Shown: one piece after another, positions 23,593-37,677 of the stretch
Numbering within the stretch: the first letter of the stretch is position 1
Layout of the letters: every line of letters begins with the position of its first letter
Assembly (NCBI GenBank): GCA_036172245.1
Contig: JAYWIR010000012.1
Span: 124,001 to 188,000 of the forward strand
Length of the DNA stretch: 64,000 nucleotides
Reading direction: 5' to 3'
DNA from: Raillietiella orientalis
Taxonomy: Eukaryota
Translations under genes and position numbers: made by a program
The notes under the pieces: model-generated
What the model was told of the DNA's origin: nothing
The model's input: the letters and a program-made list of their open reading frames with translations, nothing else
The model's database searches: none

Positions 23593-25599
23593 CCGTGAAC
23601 TTGCCCCAGGAACAATCGTGCGCGGGGAGGGTCCACGACCCTCTGGAACGCAACCCCCGTGCTTGGCGTACAGGTCGGAGAGCTGATGAAGAACAAAAAC
23701 AAAAAGTCCGTTCGCTCCGAGGATTGTACACTGTACGAATCTGCGTTTCGAAAACGGTCGCAATCCTTTCCAACGATGCTGAATTTTTTTCACGACCAAC
23801 GACTCCGAATCCTTTGGTTGCCATGGTGATCCATGGAATTTCAGCAATGCCTCTATTGAAACGACACCGAGAAAACGTCCTTTTCGAAACAGGACAAGCG
23901 GTCCCCCCCTCCTCTCCCGAAGGTGGAAGGTTTCATGAGAGGTTGGGATGTGGATTCAGAAGCGTGGACTGCAAGTTTAGTTACGAACGCTGATTTTTTT
24001 TTTCCTTTTTTACGCACTTCAAAGTGCAACGAAGAGCAAATTAGAATAGAAATGTTTTATGTCGCACGAATTCCATTTGTCAGTTATTTTTTTTTTTTTT
24101 CCTCCCTGTGCAAACTGTGGATGAATTCCGCAAGGAGGAGGGATCGTTTTTGCACAGCTGGAGGAGGTAACTGAGTCCGGGACACCACGTGTTGTCATTC
24201 GGTGAATGTGCACCCTGGTGGAAACGCGAACCGATTACGGGGCCCGAGTTTCCACAGGGACATCATCCACCACCAGAATCATCCCCCCAGAACACTCACT
24301 TGTGGATCCACTTGGGATCGAAATGAAAATAAAGGCTAAGTGTTCCCTCCGTGGCTGAATGGGCGAGGGGGCAGTTGGGTGCCGCTCGGAAAGAACAGCC
24401 TTGAAATCGACTTCAGTGTGGCGCTGGTTCCAGCGTTTCAAATCCTCAAGGTGAGGAATTGGAAGGCTATTCCGTGAACCTCCATCAGCAATTTTTTCAT
24501 CCTGCGTTCCTGGGTATTCCGACATTTAGGCCAGATCTTAGTGAGATCGTGAGGTGGGAAATTCAGATCACGAAACCTTCAACGTCTGGAATCCAATTTG
24601 CCCGGTAAGCTTCCTTCTTCTGCCGTTTATTGCCGTTTCGGTTTCCCTGCAAGTTGCCATTTTCTTTCCTTGTTCTTTAGTTACGAAAAACTTTCAAAAC
24701 ACTTTACACACGGTGTGCGTTCGTTCTCATGCACAAATAAGGGATTGCCTTTGCGTTTCTCTTCCTAATTGTAGCGAACATTCTGGAAACGGTTCTTCTA
24801 GCCGAAGGGACCTCAGAATCATCTTCCTTAGCACGTAAGCAAGGTTTTGATCTTGCTCCCAGTCGGTGAACATCCTCGCTTGAAGGGATGCACGTTCCCT
24901 CCACTCTCTGCAAGATGTGGCCGAAGATGATCCAGCAATGGCCAGCTATGACACGAACGTTTAGGAACAATCTGTTCTCTTCCGAAGTTCTCTCGTGCTG
25001 GCATGTCCCTCCTTCCGTCATGGCATCAGGTTCTTGTCTCATTTCTTCTTTCTTTTGTAACAAAAAATGATGCACAGCGTTCCAGTGAACGAGCAGCCAA
25101 TGGGAAGGATCCAATGATGCATGCTGGATCTTGGATTCAATGTATCAAAAAACCATGGCAACATGATCTTCTCAGTAAAGCTTCCGAGAAGTCCAATGAT
25201 GCATCTTCTGAGCTACAGATACGATGCGTCCATCGGCACACCTAATTACGAAGAAGAGGAAATGGCTCGGTATGAACCGTGCGGCTCGGAAATGTGCATC
25301 GAATCTCCGCATGTTGCAGCTGCAACCAGGCCGGCTGCCGGAGGAAAGCAGTCTGCTTTTGCATCGAGATGCAACATTTTAACAATCCTGCCTTGAGAAG
25401 ATGAAAAGATTCTTCGGTGTGGCGGCATCTTTGGGTCTCATGAATTTTCGAGTGATGAATTTGCAATGCGCCTCCTATTCGGTAAACGCCAAACTAGAAA
25501 CACTGCTCTGCGCTACTTTTCCGAGCCGAGGTGTGGAAGCGGAAACGTTAAAGAACTATTGGAGAAGTGGATGAGTGCCAAAGTCGTTTTTTGCAGCAC

Positions 25600-28500
25600 T
25601 GTCCAGATGCTCTCACTCTAGGGTCTCTAGGGAAGCCGAAGAAGAAAAACTGGAAGACTGTGGTCAAGAGTTCCAAGCCTCGGACAAAAAAGGAAGATCT
25701 CAGGGCCAAAGGATCTTCAAGCAAGCATTCTGGAAGAGTCTGGACTGGATGGCGGGTCTGTGGGCGTAAAGAATGCCTTATCCAGAAGCAGGGTGTTCAA
25801 GCTGACACCAGACGTGGTTCTTCATTTCTTTGCCGCAGACAAGTGAGCCACGTTGTGGAGCAGGGTTCTTGTCTGAGTGATTTTGAAGAAAACAGAAGCG
25901 TGCAGATGCAATCTCAATCACCGGTTGGACATAGAGGGTTTTCTCCCCGAGCATATCCGTGGATCGCTCCCCAGTCCTGGTAAACGAGCGTGTTGTCAAG
26001 TGCACGATACTGCCTCCCGAAAGACCATCAGCTCGTGAGTCGATAGAGCTTCATCGAGACTTGCTTCCAAGGAGGGGGAGGGAAGAAGGTGAAGACCAAG
26101 AAAGAAGGCATCTGGAAACGAGAGAAAGCTCCTCCAGACGATGGAGAGGCTGAGAGGAATTTCCGAGGAAGCCCTCGTGCCCAACCTACACTCCAAAGAT
26201 CAAAAATCCAATGAACGGACAGGGGCGCCGATGGACTCTGAACTGCACGCACATTTGCAGAGACTGGCTCAAGAAGGATACCCTCCTGCACCTGCTGTTG
26301 GACTGTGCTGCCCTCCGATCCCTTTCGGATCGCCTCGTGACGATCCTAGGTATTTTTGGTGGGATCTGCTTCCAGATTTCCTCAGAGAAAGAACAGACTG
26401 GCTGCAGAATCAGAGTCCCAAGGGCGCCTGTCATAAACCCGATATTTTCAGACGTTCCTTGGACGTTTCTCGGTGGAGGAGAACGCTGCCGGAGGTGTGG
26501 AAAGGGAAGGACTCACGCCAGAGGCGCGTTCCTTGACTCTGTGGGAAGAGGCCACGCGCTTCGGAAGCGGGGAGACGCGGGACGACCCTGACCCTTCTTG
26601 CAACGGGAACTTTTCAGAGCGTCGATTCTGTGCATTCTCCGTCGGCGTGTTCCCACACGTGTGATCTGGACAAGTTCGGGCCGGTCGCCCGGGAGACGGT
26701 GAACCACCACTTCTGCCACCCGGACCGCTCGGAAACGCGCCGAGCCAGAGGCACTTCGACGTCACCAGTAGTAATTTAAAGAGAAAACAAATCATAAATA
26801 GCTGATTTTCTATTGGCACCCCATGATCGGGCCGACTGGAGTTCGTAGTGATTGAAGAAACGTCCACTCCATCTCTCATATGCCTTTCTTGTAATGCAGC
26901 AAAGGTGAGTAATTTGAACCAAGAAATCAACAGTGACAGATTCATTCGATACACAAAAAGAAGAAGAAATGAAAAAAAGCCGGAAGGAAGGCAACGAAAC
27001 AGAAAAAGCCAACAGAATTTCCATCATCACGGTTGCTTCTGCGTGGAATAAACCTGGTCCGGCCGTCTCCAGATGGTAGAGCGGCGATCGACCCGTTCCA
27101 GAACGGCAAGTTTTGCTTGCCAGAACGGGCCGAGGTTTTTCGCCCGGGTGAGCCGGGGCTGGCCGAGGTGCGTGGAACTCAATCGAGGCTTTCCTCCTCC
27201 GCCTCCTTCTTTTTGTTTTACCCACCCCACCTGACGTCAAGAGAAGGAACCTAGGACCTCCCGAGAAAGCCCTGTGGAACACGAGGAGGTCCAGAATCCG
27301 AATCAGTGACTTGTGTGCTCCACATAGGGGTGGTGAACTGGGCCTCCTTGCGGCGGAGAGAATGGAGAGTCAGCTCCAACTCAGAAGACTCGCCCTCGCG
27401 GCGAGATGATGGACCACGCTCTGGTGCGCACCAGCGAGGCTCCTTGAGAAGAGCGCAATCCGGCAAGGTGAGGCTGCGAGGTACTCACACATCCCTCCTT
27501 GTCACCCGCGAGAGATTGCTGAGGCGTTGAGGATACCAGATGCTTGCTCTGGTGGAGGAGAACACCTGGATCTCCCGTCTCCCCACGAACTGCACTGCCT
27601 AGATCCAGGAGTCCCGTCTTCGTTTGGGGAAAGATCCATGGCGCCAGCGAGGAGGAGGCATCAGCGCTCACAAGTCGTCGGAGGAGATCGTCGGCATCCC
27701 GCAGAAGATGCGGTGGGCCTCGTCTACCCCCTGACCCCAGTGCTGCCCTCCGTAAGGGACACAAGGGGCAGCGTGATCCTGGCAAGGTGAGAAGTGACTT
27801 GCACAGCAGCAGCAAAGGCAAACTTCTAAGGTGTGGACAACTCGGGAAGTGACTGGTGCTGCGACCCGAGTGCCCCATCCCAAGGACTTCTACTTTGGGG
27901 AGAGCTGCTCGGCATCCCTCCAGAGGAGGTGAAGTGGCCCCCATAGTGCTGAAGCAGTGATGCCCTTCCCCTCAAGTGGCAGGAGGGGCGTTGCTTGTGA
28001 CTCATGGGGGAATCCCATGTGAAGTGCGCCTTCGTCACTGGACGCGGGGGAGTGTGGATGCTCAGTACGGCAGGTGCAGGAAGAAGGAGACCCTCCCGCA
28101 CCTGCTGGTAGACTGTGCTGCCTTCCGATCCCTTTGGGATCGCCTCGCGACGGTCCTAGGAATCCCTATGAGCAGCTCCAGGGACATTTTCAAGCGCATC
28201 TTCCTGCGTGATCCCGCACTGGCGACAGCCGCGTTCCTCGAAGTCCTCTGCTGTCTTCCCGGGACAGTGGAGTCCTGGAACGCGGGAAGAAGAAACCGGA
28301 GCAGTAGGGACGCCATCCACTGGATGCAGATCTTCATGGGGACCGCATCGAGATGGCCCCACCGAGATACAAACGGAACTTGCCAGCGTCCCGAACAGGT
28401 TGAAGAGCACGCCTTCCTGGGACCTCTCCCCTTTCCTCCTTACCGTGTAAAATTTCCCCTCCCCTGTTTTGTTTTTTTCATTTGTTTTGCTTTCCCCTTC

Positions 28501-28640
28501 CCCCACGCTACCGGACCTCGTCAGTCTGGGTACCGCTCCCGGCAGGTTCATTGCACGTGGTAGAATCGAGGGTTCTACCACGCAAATGAAATTTTAGCAC
28601 TCTACGTAATAAATGTCCCGGCACAACCGGATGACAATCA
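25600..28640 (+). mobile_element. Two tandem L1/Tx1-like LINE 3' fragments
   Basis: zf-RVT-like motifs DTLLHLLLDCAALRSLSDRL (about 26277) and RCRKKETLPHLLVDCAAFRSLWDRL (about 28072). The second ends with a pyrimidine-rich UTR and AATAAATGTCCCGG at 28608-28621. Confidence 0.75.
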
Positions 28641-28654
28641 TTGCCACAGTTGCC

Positions 28655-31300
28655 ACGCAACGTGACACATGAATTTGCGTTCCATTCGTGCACTCCTCCG
28701 TGTAAAGCTCCAGGCGTTCCAGGTCGATATGCAGTTTTTGGCTTCCTTAGGAGCGAAGGTATCGGTGGCTCGGTGGTGGGCTTTGTCAGCACGGCACTTT
28801 CTCTCCCCCGGTCAATTCACGGAACGGTTTGGGGCACGAGCAGCGGATGGGGAAGCTTTCCCTACTGGAAATCCAGTTCTTTGCTCCACCCATCACAGGT
28901 TGGAATTGAAATGGATTCATTCCCCCTTGAGTTTCTTGAACGCTATACTTCCGGGAACCGCAGCTGACACGGGGTCGCCCCAGAGAAGGACCCATGCGAC
29001 TGGAATCAGGGTAAGGACAACTCTGGTTCAAAATCCCGAAAGATCTTGGAGATAAATGCATATGCTTGTTGTATACGTTGATATATATATAGATATTGAT
29101 TAATGTATCTTATAAAAATTATAAATAAATATATATACTTATTAAGTATTTTAATGTATATATAGATTAACATACAAATCTATTTGAATTTGCATATTTA
29201 TTAATATTTGTTAACACACATACTATTAACAATATTATCTTATACATACGTATTAATATCCATTAACGTGCATATCATTAATATAATTTAGGATATCTCT
29301 ATTCGTATATAGATTGGTGTAGAATATGAGCATCACAAAATATATGTGTGTTTGTTACATATATTAATAACTATATTTCCACATGTAGTGAATACAATGA
29401 AATCGATATATAAATATGGTATTGTAAGCGAGTATATTTGTACTTATCAGACGATCAAAATCCCAGAAATAGAATTCGCCATTTCCGGCGGAAGTTTCGT
29501 TCATCGAATGCTGGAAGTAACAGGAAAACGAAATACCAAATTTCTTTTTTGCTTCTTTTTTTTGTTTGCCTTCTTTGCTTTTTACCGATATTTTTAATTA
29601 TCACGATTATTTTTCATTTTTAAAAATTTGATATTTATACATTCATTTGATATGCGTACATTTTTCCCCTTTTTTTCCTCTTTTTTTTTTTGGAGGGGAA
29701 AATACATATATTTATTTATTTATTAGAAACATAAACATATCTATATATATAGCAATAATGCACTTAATAAGCCACATACTTTTATTTTTATAATGTTCAA
29801 TATATGTTTGTATGAGAAACATATTATGAATTATATCAATAAATATATGTGCTAAAATAACATTACTATTGATAATATGCATATCAATAAGTATTAATAA
29901 ATATGCACTTTAAAATAAATTGGTATGCTGATTTATATATGCATGTATTATATAATCTTTTATTTATCTACTGATGTAAATAATTAGCATAGTATGTATT
30001 TTCAAGATGTTTCGGGGTTTCGACCTTCGGGATTTGATCGGCACCTGGTAGGAACTGCCTAACTAAGTGTGGTGAACATTGTGGCATTCAATGAAAACCA
30101 TGGCTGTATGATCTCTACATAGGGGCACACCCCAGAGCAAGGGTTTGACTCCCCTCTCGTCAAAGTCAACCTTAGTTGACAGACAGACCTGCGAGTGTAG
30201 CGATTGTGCCAGCAAGCAGGAAATCCTTTGAACTCTGAGCTCTGCTGAGGACTCTCGCCCGGGGACCGTTGTCTTCCTTCGACATCAGGATGACAACCAT
30301 CCTCAATTCCGCAGGAACTGGAAGAATGCCGTTTGTGGCTCCCGGATAGGTATTCCAGCTTATTTGTGCTCCTTGGGGAAGTCTCCGGAAAAAACCATCA
30401 AGCAGATTCCCATTCGGAAAAGCAGATATTCTGGACACTGTCTCTGGATTGGTGACCGAAATCCAAGACGGCATCCGTTTTTACTAACGGCTGCTGCATG
30501 AGCGCTTCTCGTGGAGCATCATCCAGTGCATTCGTTAGATGATGAAGCTTCGTCCCGAAGCGGCGAAGACGCTGTCAAGAGAGGTAACTGATGAAATTTT
30601 ACCGAAACGGAGATGGCGTCGTTCTGTCGGAGGCAGTCCTCTTCTTTGAGTTTGCGCAGAGGTGACCCCGACAATCGAGGACCAGAAGTCCAAAAACCAG
30701 ATTCGGTAACAGAACACACATGATGGATCCTCTAGTTCCATCTCCGATTGCCTCATCCGTCTGCTCCTCCAATTGTCTTCCTGCGTGGCCTCTGTTGTTT
30801 GGCTCAGAACTTCTCGTGTTGCGCGCACAGATCCAAGATCGAAAGTCGTCAGCCGGAACAGATCGGAATTCACGTGATCTGCAAACCAGAAATGCTTCCA
30901 GGTATTCCCCTTACGACGTGTATCGCTTTGGGACTCCCTCGGGGGTATAAGCTGACGTATGTGCATTTCCCAAGAAGATTTTTCTTCCCGCGGTTTCCAT
31001 TCTTCTATGCAAACTTTATGAACTTTTGGAATGACGTTCCATTTGCACACAGTGAGATGATCGGGATTGCTGCTTTGGGGGGGAGGAAGAATTGCCATCC
31101 TGTTTTCAAAGAGAGGCTGTTCGGCTGTGGGAGGCAGCTATCTGAATTCGGAACGGCCTTGAACGTGAGGACCGAATCTCGAAAATGCAAAAATCTGATC
31201 CCTGTCAATGGCTTGAAACGGGGGCGTTTCTGTTATCCTACGAAACGGGAGGAGGATGAGCATTCCAAGCAGGTGAAGAGGGAAGGATCTTTCTTTCGGC
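28655..31300 (+). mobile_element. Decayed LINE ORF2 (AP-endonuclease start, possibly RT downstream) interrupted by the 29019..30046 insertion
   Basis: MNLRSIRALLRVKLQAFQVD resembles the APE N-terminus (N-x-R-G/S...D), and CDWN near 28996 resembles GDFN. GC-richer decayed coding-like sequence resumes after 30046. Confidence 0.4.
29019..30046. mobile_element. AT-rich Mutator(MULE)-like foldback element/MITE with long imperfect TIRs
   Basis: Termini GGTTCAAAATCCCGAA and TTCGGGATTTGATCGG. 29154..29239 aligns ungapped to the reverse complement of 29859..29944, including an exact 16-mer TGCATATTTATTAATA. Candidate 9-bp TSD GGTAAGGAC (29010-29018) / GGTAGGAAC (30047-30055), 7/9. Confidence 0.7.
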
Positions 31301-32351
31301 GGTCCGCTAGATCTAAACTGGGATGGTTAGGTGTGTGGGGGATGGGCCCGTGGGCAAAATCGGCAGCGAGTGCAAAAAACGTGTAAAGTCTTCCAGTTCC
31401 CCCTATCCACTCGGCCTGAGTGGCCTCGGCCAGGACACGCCGTCCTACACAGACCGCGTAGATCGCTCGCACTCGGCCCTACAAGCCGAGCGGCGCTCCT
31501 GGGCAAACACGGGCACGGTGCGTACGTAGCCCGGGTTGTTTCTATTCCAACCCACTTGATGCTGACTAAACACTGAGATGAAACGCTGACATGATGAGGA
31601 TCGCAACTCCTTGCGTCTGCGTGCGTGCGTTTCCACCAACTGGATGGAGAAGCGGAATGAGAATTCATAGGATGAAAACAATTTGCTCGGAGTTTTCAGG
31701 CAGCGCCTTAAATTCCAAAGTTCTCCCTTCTCTCTCTCCCCCCCCCCCCCCCCCATCCTTCCCGAGGCATTTCCACGTGGAGACTTGACAAATTTCGGAT
31801 GAATTCCCGTAACTGGGGCGACGACGACCATTGAGGATGCTACACCTACAACCGACCTCTGGAGCCATCACAAGCCGCTCCGAAACGAAAAAAAAAGAAA
31901 CTTTAGGGAGAGGTCACGCCATTCTCGTTGGCTCGTTGTGCCCATGTTCCACCTGATCCGTGCTCTCTCCTTTGATTTGAGTCCGCATCCTGGTCCAGCG
32001 GAACCGAAAGCGGGAGATGCTCGCGCGAGTCCTCTCTCCATCCGTGGGAGAGGCGTTTGGCCTTGAAGAAGAAGTTTACCTGAGGGATGACGGCGCGGTT
32101 TTCAGGGGAATGGTCCGACGGCGGGAGTTTGCGGCCTCGGCGTTGAATTCGGTGCCCGCGAGGTGCGCGGGATCTTTGACCGGAGTCCGTTCGGCTGCAA
32201 GTCCCGCACGATTGGAGCTCAGATCGGCGTAGACCAGGGTAGATCTTTACATGGCGATGGACTTTTTCACTTGCGAAAGGATTGGGAAGCTGGATTCTTT
32301 TTCTTTTTTTCATTCTATTCTGTTTTTTTTTTTTTTCATGTTTTCAACTTG

Positions 32352-33050
32352 ATTTTTTTTTTTTTTTATTCGGGGAAAATAGTAAATGGCGTTTTAGGGC
32401 GATGCACGGGTTCTTTTGAGGTGGTAATGGTGCTGTTGAGTGCGGCTCGTGTAACTTTGGTTGAACGTGAAATTCCCAGGTAGATGCAATGGCAGGGGGC
32501 AAATTAGGAAGGGATGGGCATAGTGCACGCTGCAAGTGATGGGTTAAAGTTGTTAGGTGGGGGTATTATGAGTTGGTAGGTGGTAATAATATGGGTTCTA
32601 AGTTGGGCTCTGCAATTGTTGTTGGGGTGACGGTGGGAATATGAGTGACTCGTCCTAGGGATCAAGGGGTGATGAAGGATATAATGGGATTGATGCTATC
32701 TGCATGTTGTTCAAAAGGCAGGATGTGTGGATGAGGAATAACAAGTAAAGATCTATTGTCTTGGCACGTTCTGCAGCTCAGATGGACTTTTATTAAGTGT
32801 ATATAATTACTGTGCTGATGGGAAGAGGTGATGCACATGAGTGGGTATGGATTAAGGGTAGAGGTATACTTTGCAGGGTAGGAAGATGAATTGTATGGAC
32901 TGCTGTGTGCTAAACAGAGGTTCATGGTTTGCCTTGTGATTTTGCAGGAGGTGAGCCGGACTTAGTTTTGGGATAGAATGTAGAGTGTAGATGTGGAATG
33001 CATGTATTTTTTTTTGCAATTTGGATTTGTTGAGCATTGTTGACAAGATG
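32352..33050 (-). mobile_element. Probable LINE 3' fragment with poly(A) tail
   Basis: The minus strand is strongly C/A-skewed and ends in CCCCGAATAAAAAAAAAAAAA at about 32352-32375. No diagnostic protein motif recognised. Confidence 0.4.
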
Positions 33051-33959
33051 CTTATTTATGGACGAGAGAACGAAGAGTTTCATTGTAATATATGTGGTGA
33101 CCGGTGGTGATGCACCGATATGGTGGACTTTCCTCCTCCTTTTTCTAAGAGCGATCCTTTGATGGTCTCTTCCAGAGCGGCCAAGGACTGTCTTCTGGAA
33201 GGGGAAGGATTCTTTCCCAGGAAGACGCGGAGGAGGGTCTGTGCCTGAACTCAGACGTCGTTGGGGACCTCAAGTATAAAATGAACCGCTTCTTTACCCC
33301 TCTTCTTGCACTGCCACAGAAGACAAAAAAAAAGGGATGCCAAAGATGTAGATTGCTGGAGAATGCATGAAGTGTTTCCTAGGAGACCGGAAGTTCCATT
33401 TAACTTTGCTTGAGAGCGAAGGTGCCTGCCAGCTTTGAGAAGAGGATTTGCTTCGAGATTGCCTGCGCCTTTTCCCTGTAGTGGCATCCACAGTTCCCTG
33501 AGCGTTGTTGGGTCTCCATTTAAAAATAGATTGTGAAGACAACAAATGCAACCAAAAAGAGGAAGAAGAAAACAGAAGACCTCAAAGAGCAGCTCCTTAT
33601 GCTGGTGCGGCAGAGTTTGGGGCGGCAGATCAAACCAAAGAGTTTCTCTCAGCCATCTTGTGTGTGTGCGAGTCTGTGCGGGGGAGATCTTTGTCACTTG
33701 AAAACTTCACTCATTGACGTTCAGACGTGGCAACGGCAATGCTTTTATTAAGTAATTAGTCATTTTATCCCTATGGATGATTTCACGGATGGAGGAGAAT
33801 GGAAAAGATGGCAAGTAGAATGGAATATAGAAGTTGATAGAGAGGAGAAATTTCATACCTGAGACTACTTCTCGATAATTTTCGTACCTTCGAAGGTCTT
33901 ATCGTGAACACACCATAAGGAAGGAGTTTGCTATTTGGAATCGCCTGACCCCTCTTATC

Positions 33960-34790
33960 TCCCGCCAGTAAAGAAACTTCTGAGCACGCGGAATACTTGA
34001 CAGATGGCGGACTCTGCGTCTCCGAGTGTCCCGCCAAAAGGATCTTTACGCTGGAGCTAGCTGCTCACGATCCCTCTGGAGGAGGTGAATTGGTCCCCAG
34101 CGTGTCGGAACAGTGGTGCCCTCCCCCTCGAGTTACAAGAGATCGCATTGCTGGTGTTGCATGGGAGAATCCCATGAGAATCGCACCCCACCATTGGACA
34201 CGGAGGAGTGTGGATGGCAATTGTGGAAAGTGAGGCAAGAAGGGGACGCTCCCGCACCTGCTGTTAGACTGTGCCATCTTCCTAGCCCTTTGGAATCGCC
34301 TCTAGACGATCCTAGGTTTTCAGTTGGGTGGTCCCAAAGACATTTTCAAGCGCCTCTTTGTAGGTGCCGCTCTACCGCCAGCCGCGTCTTTAGCAGTTCT
34401 CTGCTGCATCCGCGGAATCGTGACAGCCCGAAACGCGCGAAGAGGCCGGAATGGCGGGGGACGCTATCCACTGGATGCGGATCTCTTTGAAGATCGCCTC
34501 CAGATGGCCCCACCTGGAAGCAAAAAGCTACATAATTTGTCAGAATGCTGGACAAGGTGCAGAGGACTTCTCCCGGTGGAATGTAATCCCCCCCCCCCCC
34601 CAAACTTCAGCCTTCCCCTTTTTTCCTTTCTTTTTCTTTTTTGTTTGTTATTTGTTGGTTTTCCCTTCTTCTTGCTTCTGGAGCGGACCCCGCCGGTCTC
34701 CGTAAGGTGATCGGCAAGTTGTATAAATGTGTTTCATCACGTGACCAATGTACTTTCATTATTTTTAATAATAAATGTCCCGGGAAAAAT
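33960..34790 (+). mobile_element. L1/Tx1-like LINE 3' fragment
   Basis: NCGK*GKKGTLPHLLLDCAIFLALWNRL (about 34220-34303) is homologous to the 28.0-kb copy. C/T-rich UTR and AATAAATGTCCCGG at 34770-34783. Confidence 0.8.
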
Positions 34791-35999
34791 GTTCCAAGTG
34801 AAAAACCCCTGTTGATTTCCTTCGTTCAACGTGATTGGACTCGTGATAAAAGATTTCCTTAAGGAAATTTCACGTCAGGAGCGCTCAGGTTTTCGAACAA
34901 CATTCTGCGAAGAAAAGTGCAAGACAGATGCATTCGAAGCAGATGGAGTCTTCTGCTTCAAGATGCTGCTGGTTGGCAAGGAGGAACGGCAGCGGCTAGA
35001 CCTATGGCGGCTGAGCGCAACGGCTTCCCGACATACCATTAAGGCATCTCGTCGACTGGAGAATTTCAAACGGTCAGGTCACCTGCTCTCTCCAAGCAGC
35101 AATGGTGGCTCCTTTTGTCCAACATCTCTTGAATTCAGAAAGTGATAAATTTCCTTCTTGCGCTATTGGCATTAAATGCGGATTGCAGAGTGGCCAGCTG
35201 GGAAGACGCTGCTTTCTTCAACGAAGGCACTGCTCTAGGAAAGGAAAAAGAGTCCTGGAAACGTTCGTCGTGCGGATTGCGGAGCGCGAGACGCGTGCAC
35301 TGCAAACGGCAAGCCAGGGCGAGCGTTTCCCTGGCTGCGACTTTCTCCTCTCCCCCGAAAGAAACTTTTCCTGGTCTTTGCACATGCTTGATGTTGGATG
35401 CTTCCAGTGCCACCGCATTTCAAACTCTGAGATGGGCACGACGAACATTTCAAGGGCTCTTCCTGTTGTTCCCGGTTTTCTTGGAGCGGTTCCTAAGCGA
35501 GCATATTAAAACTTTTCCAATAAAGCGCTCTCAGCTGGAGACAGACATGAAATGGGACGCCAGATTCCGGGAACTTCCCAAGAGTTTGATAGGCACTTAC
35601 GTTGCTTGCTTTGAGGTAACCCGACGCTTGGTGATGCCTGTTATTGCTGAGGAGGCGAGTTTTTTTAGCTTCTTCAGCAAGAAAAAAAAACATTGATGAC
35701 CAGCGAATTCTGACACGTAATCATTTCATAGCAGCCTTCTCAAACATGGATCCCGATGGAAGGATGTGGACGCACACACATGGAAGCTGTCAGCTACTCT
35801 CACTGATGGTTGTGGTACAAACTTCAGAGTGAACGAAGAGTTGGTGCAGTTCTTCTCATCCACTGCAGAGTGCCTGAGCTATTTTTTCAGCTGCTCTCAA
35901 TGGATTTCCATAAGGCAGATGCTCCCCAGACCAAGAACTCGCACAGTTTTTTTTTAGTTTGGATTTACAGTGAGAAACATGTTACCGGGGGACGGCTTT

Positions 36000-37600
36000 G
36001 ACATTCTTCTGGAATTCCTCCTCTGCTCACCTGGAATACCTGTCGCCCCTCAGCATGTTGCTTCCTCGTCTTCTTGTTCTTCGTCTTGCGAGAGCTGACC
36101 GCTGGAGTTCTGCTGCATCTGTTTGTCGGTCTTTCGTGTGATGCGCGCTGCATAGTTGTCGCTGGAGCACCGCATGCGCGAAGCCACCATCCGGTGCCTC
36201 GTCTTCTCCGAGTGCAGATTCAGCTACAGGTATGCCTTGCGTCACACAGCCGCGCAGCAGCGAGAGCTCCTGCCGACTGCAAGAGCCATTGCCGACAGAC
36301 GGAGGAAAAGCCTTGACGGTCGCAGTTGATCTGTACAGAGCGTTCGACTACGTCAACCAGGAACTCCCCACGGAGCTCCTGTAACGCCTTGGGTCCCCGA
36401 CCCAACTCCTTCTGTACCTGCGCTCCTGCTGGCGCCACGTGTTAGTCAACTTTCATTTCAGAGGCTGTCACGTATACGGAGTCGCCGTATGCAGACGCAT
36501 CAGGCAGGGCAACCCCTTAAATCCAATGCTTTTCAGCATCTTCTTCGAGTTGGTGCTGAGAGCGTACAGGCTGACGCTAGCCAACCTTCCCAGCCTCTAC
36601 CCGTGCACGCCGTCCGTGACGTCACGTTACGCGGACGACCTGCATCTCCTGTTGCCCATGTCTACCCCGGAAGCGACACGCGAGGACTTCTTTGACCGCC
36701 GTGGTGTGGGCATGAGAGTCAACAAGACGAAATGCATGGTCGTCCCGGTGGGTGCATTGTGGGGGGGGCAGACCGACTTGATCCGCCTGGAAATCCTCAC
36801 GGGCAGGTAATTCAAGTACCTTGGCGTTCCGTTGGGTGACTTCTACTCTTCAGAAGCGTGGTCAGCCTGCCTTTAGAAGACAGAGATAGCTCTTGGCCCG
36901 TTCCTTGATGACAGGTTTGCTTCGCCGGCGCGGGCGTGCATTTGGAGCACTTTCGTTGCCCCACTCCTACGCCCCCTATTTTTTGCTTGCTCCCCCCCTC
37001 ATTAGGTGAAGATACGGGTCTGACGCCTACTTTTCAAAGCCTTGTGGGGCGCTTTAAGGTCCCGGATCCTATTGAAATACTTAGTGACGCCGCGCCAGGA
37101 CGTCGACTTCGGCATCATGACCATCGACAAGATCGGACTGCAGGTGGAGTTCGACTTATCTCCCTCTATGGCAAATTGTGGTCCTCGCACTGATCAGCTC
37201 CGGCATGCAGCATCCTCCAGCTATGCGTGGGCAGTATAAGACTTCTTTCGCTACTGCTGAGCAACCTACAAGGGAGGACTGGCTTCGTCTACCCCCTGAG
37301 GCATCTAACCTCGCTGCTGCTAGCCTATCTGTGGATCTCCTGCCGCTCCATCAACTGGAATGCCTGACGGCAGGAGGCTTTGGAGTCCGGGATTGCTACT
37401 TTGGAAGTGCGCCCAGAGGAACTGCGACGATTGCAGAGTCTCTTGTGCAAGCCGCTGGGAGATCTCCTGCAGGATTGGTCGTAATGGCCCCGGATAGCCG
37501 TGACACCCCTTGCTGCAGAGCTATCTGCCCTCAGGGCAAACACTGAAAACAGCCAACCGGTGGGGTAGTTCTCCTGCTACATTGCAGGAGTCGAAAAACT
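36000..37600 (+). mobile_element. L1/Tx1-like reverse transcriptase pseudogene
   Basis: RT motifs occur in order: VDLYRAFD (36325), IRQGNPLNPMLF, YADD (36628-36639), VNKTKC and FKYLGVPL (36811). Interrupted by stops and frameshifts. Confidence 0.9.
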
Positions 37601-37677
37601 CTTGAACGGCTGCAAGACGAGCGAGTTGGTGAACGCCGCCGGGCAAAGGGACTCCTTCAGTAAAGTGACCTAATTGG

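Noticed and set aside
30588..30625. CTGATGA...GAAACG...CGTC hammerhead-like core
   Set aside because: No pairing is possible for stem II (AATTTTACC), and stem I does not close properly.
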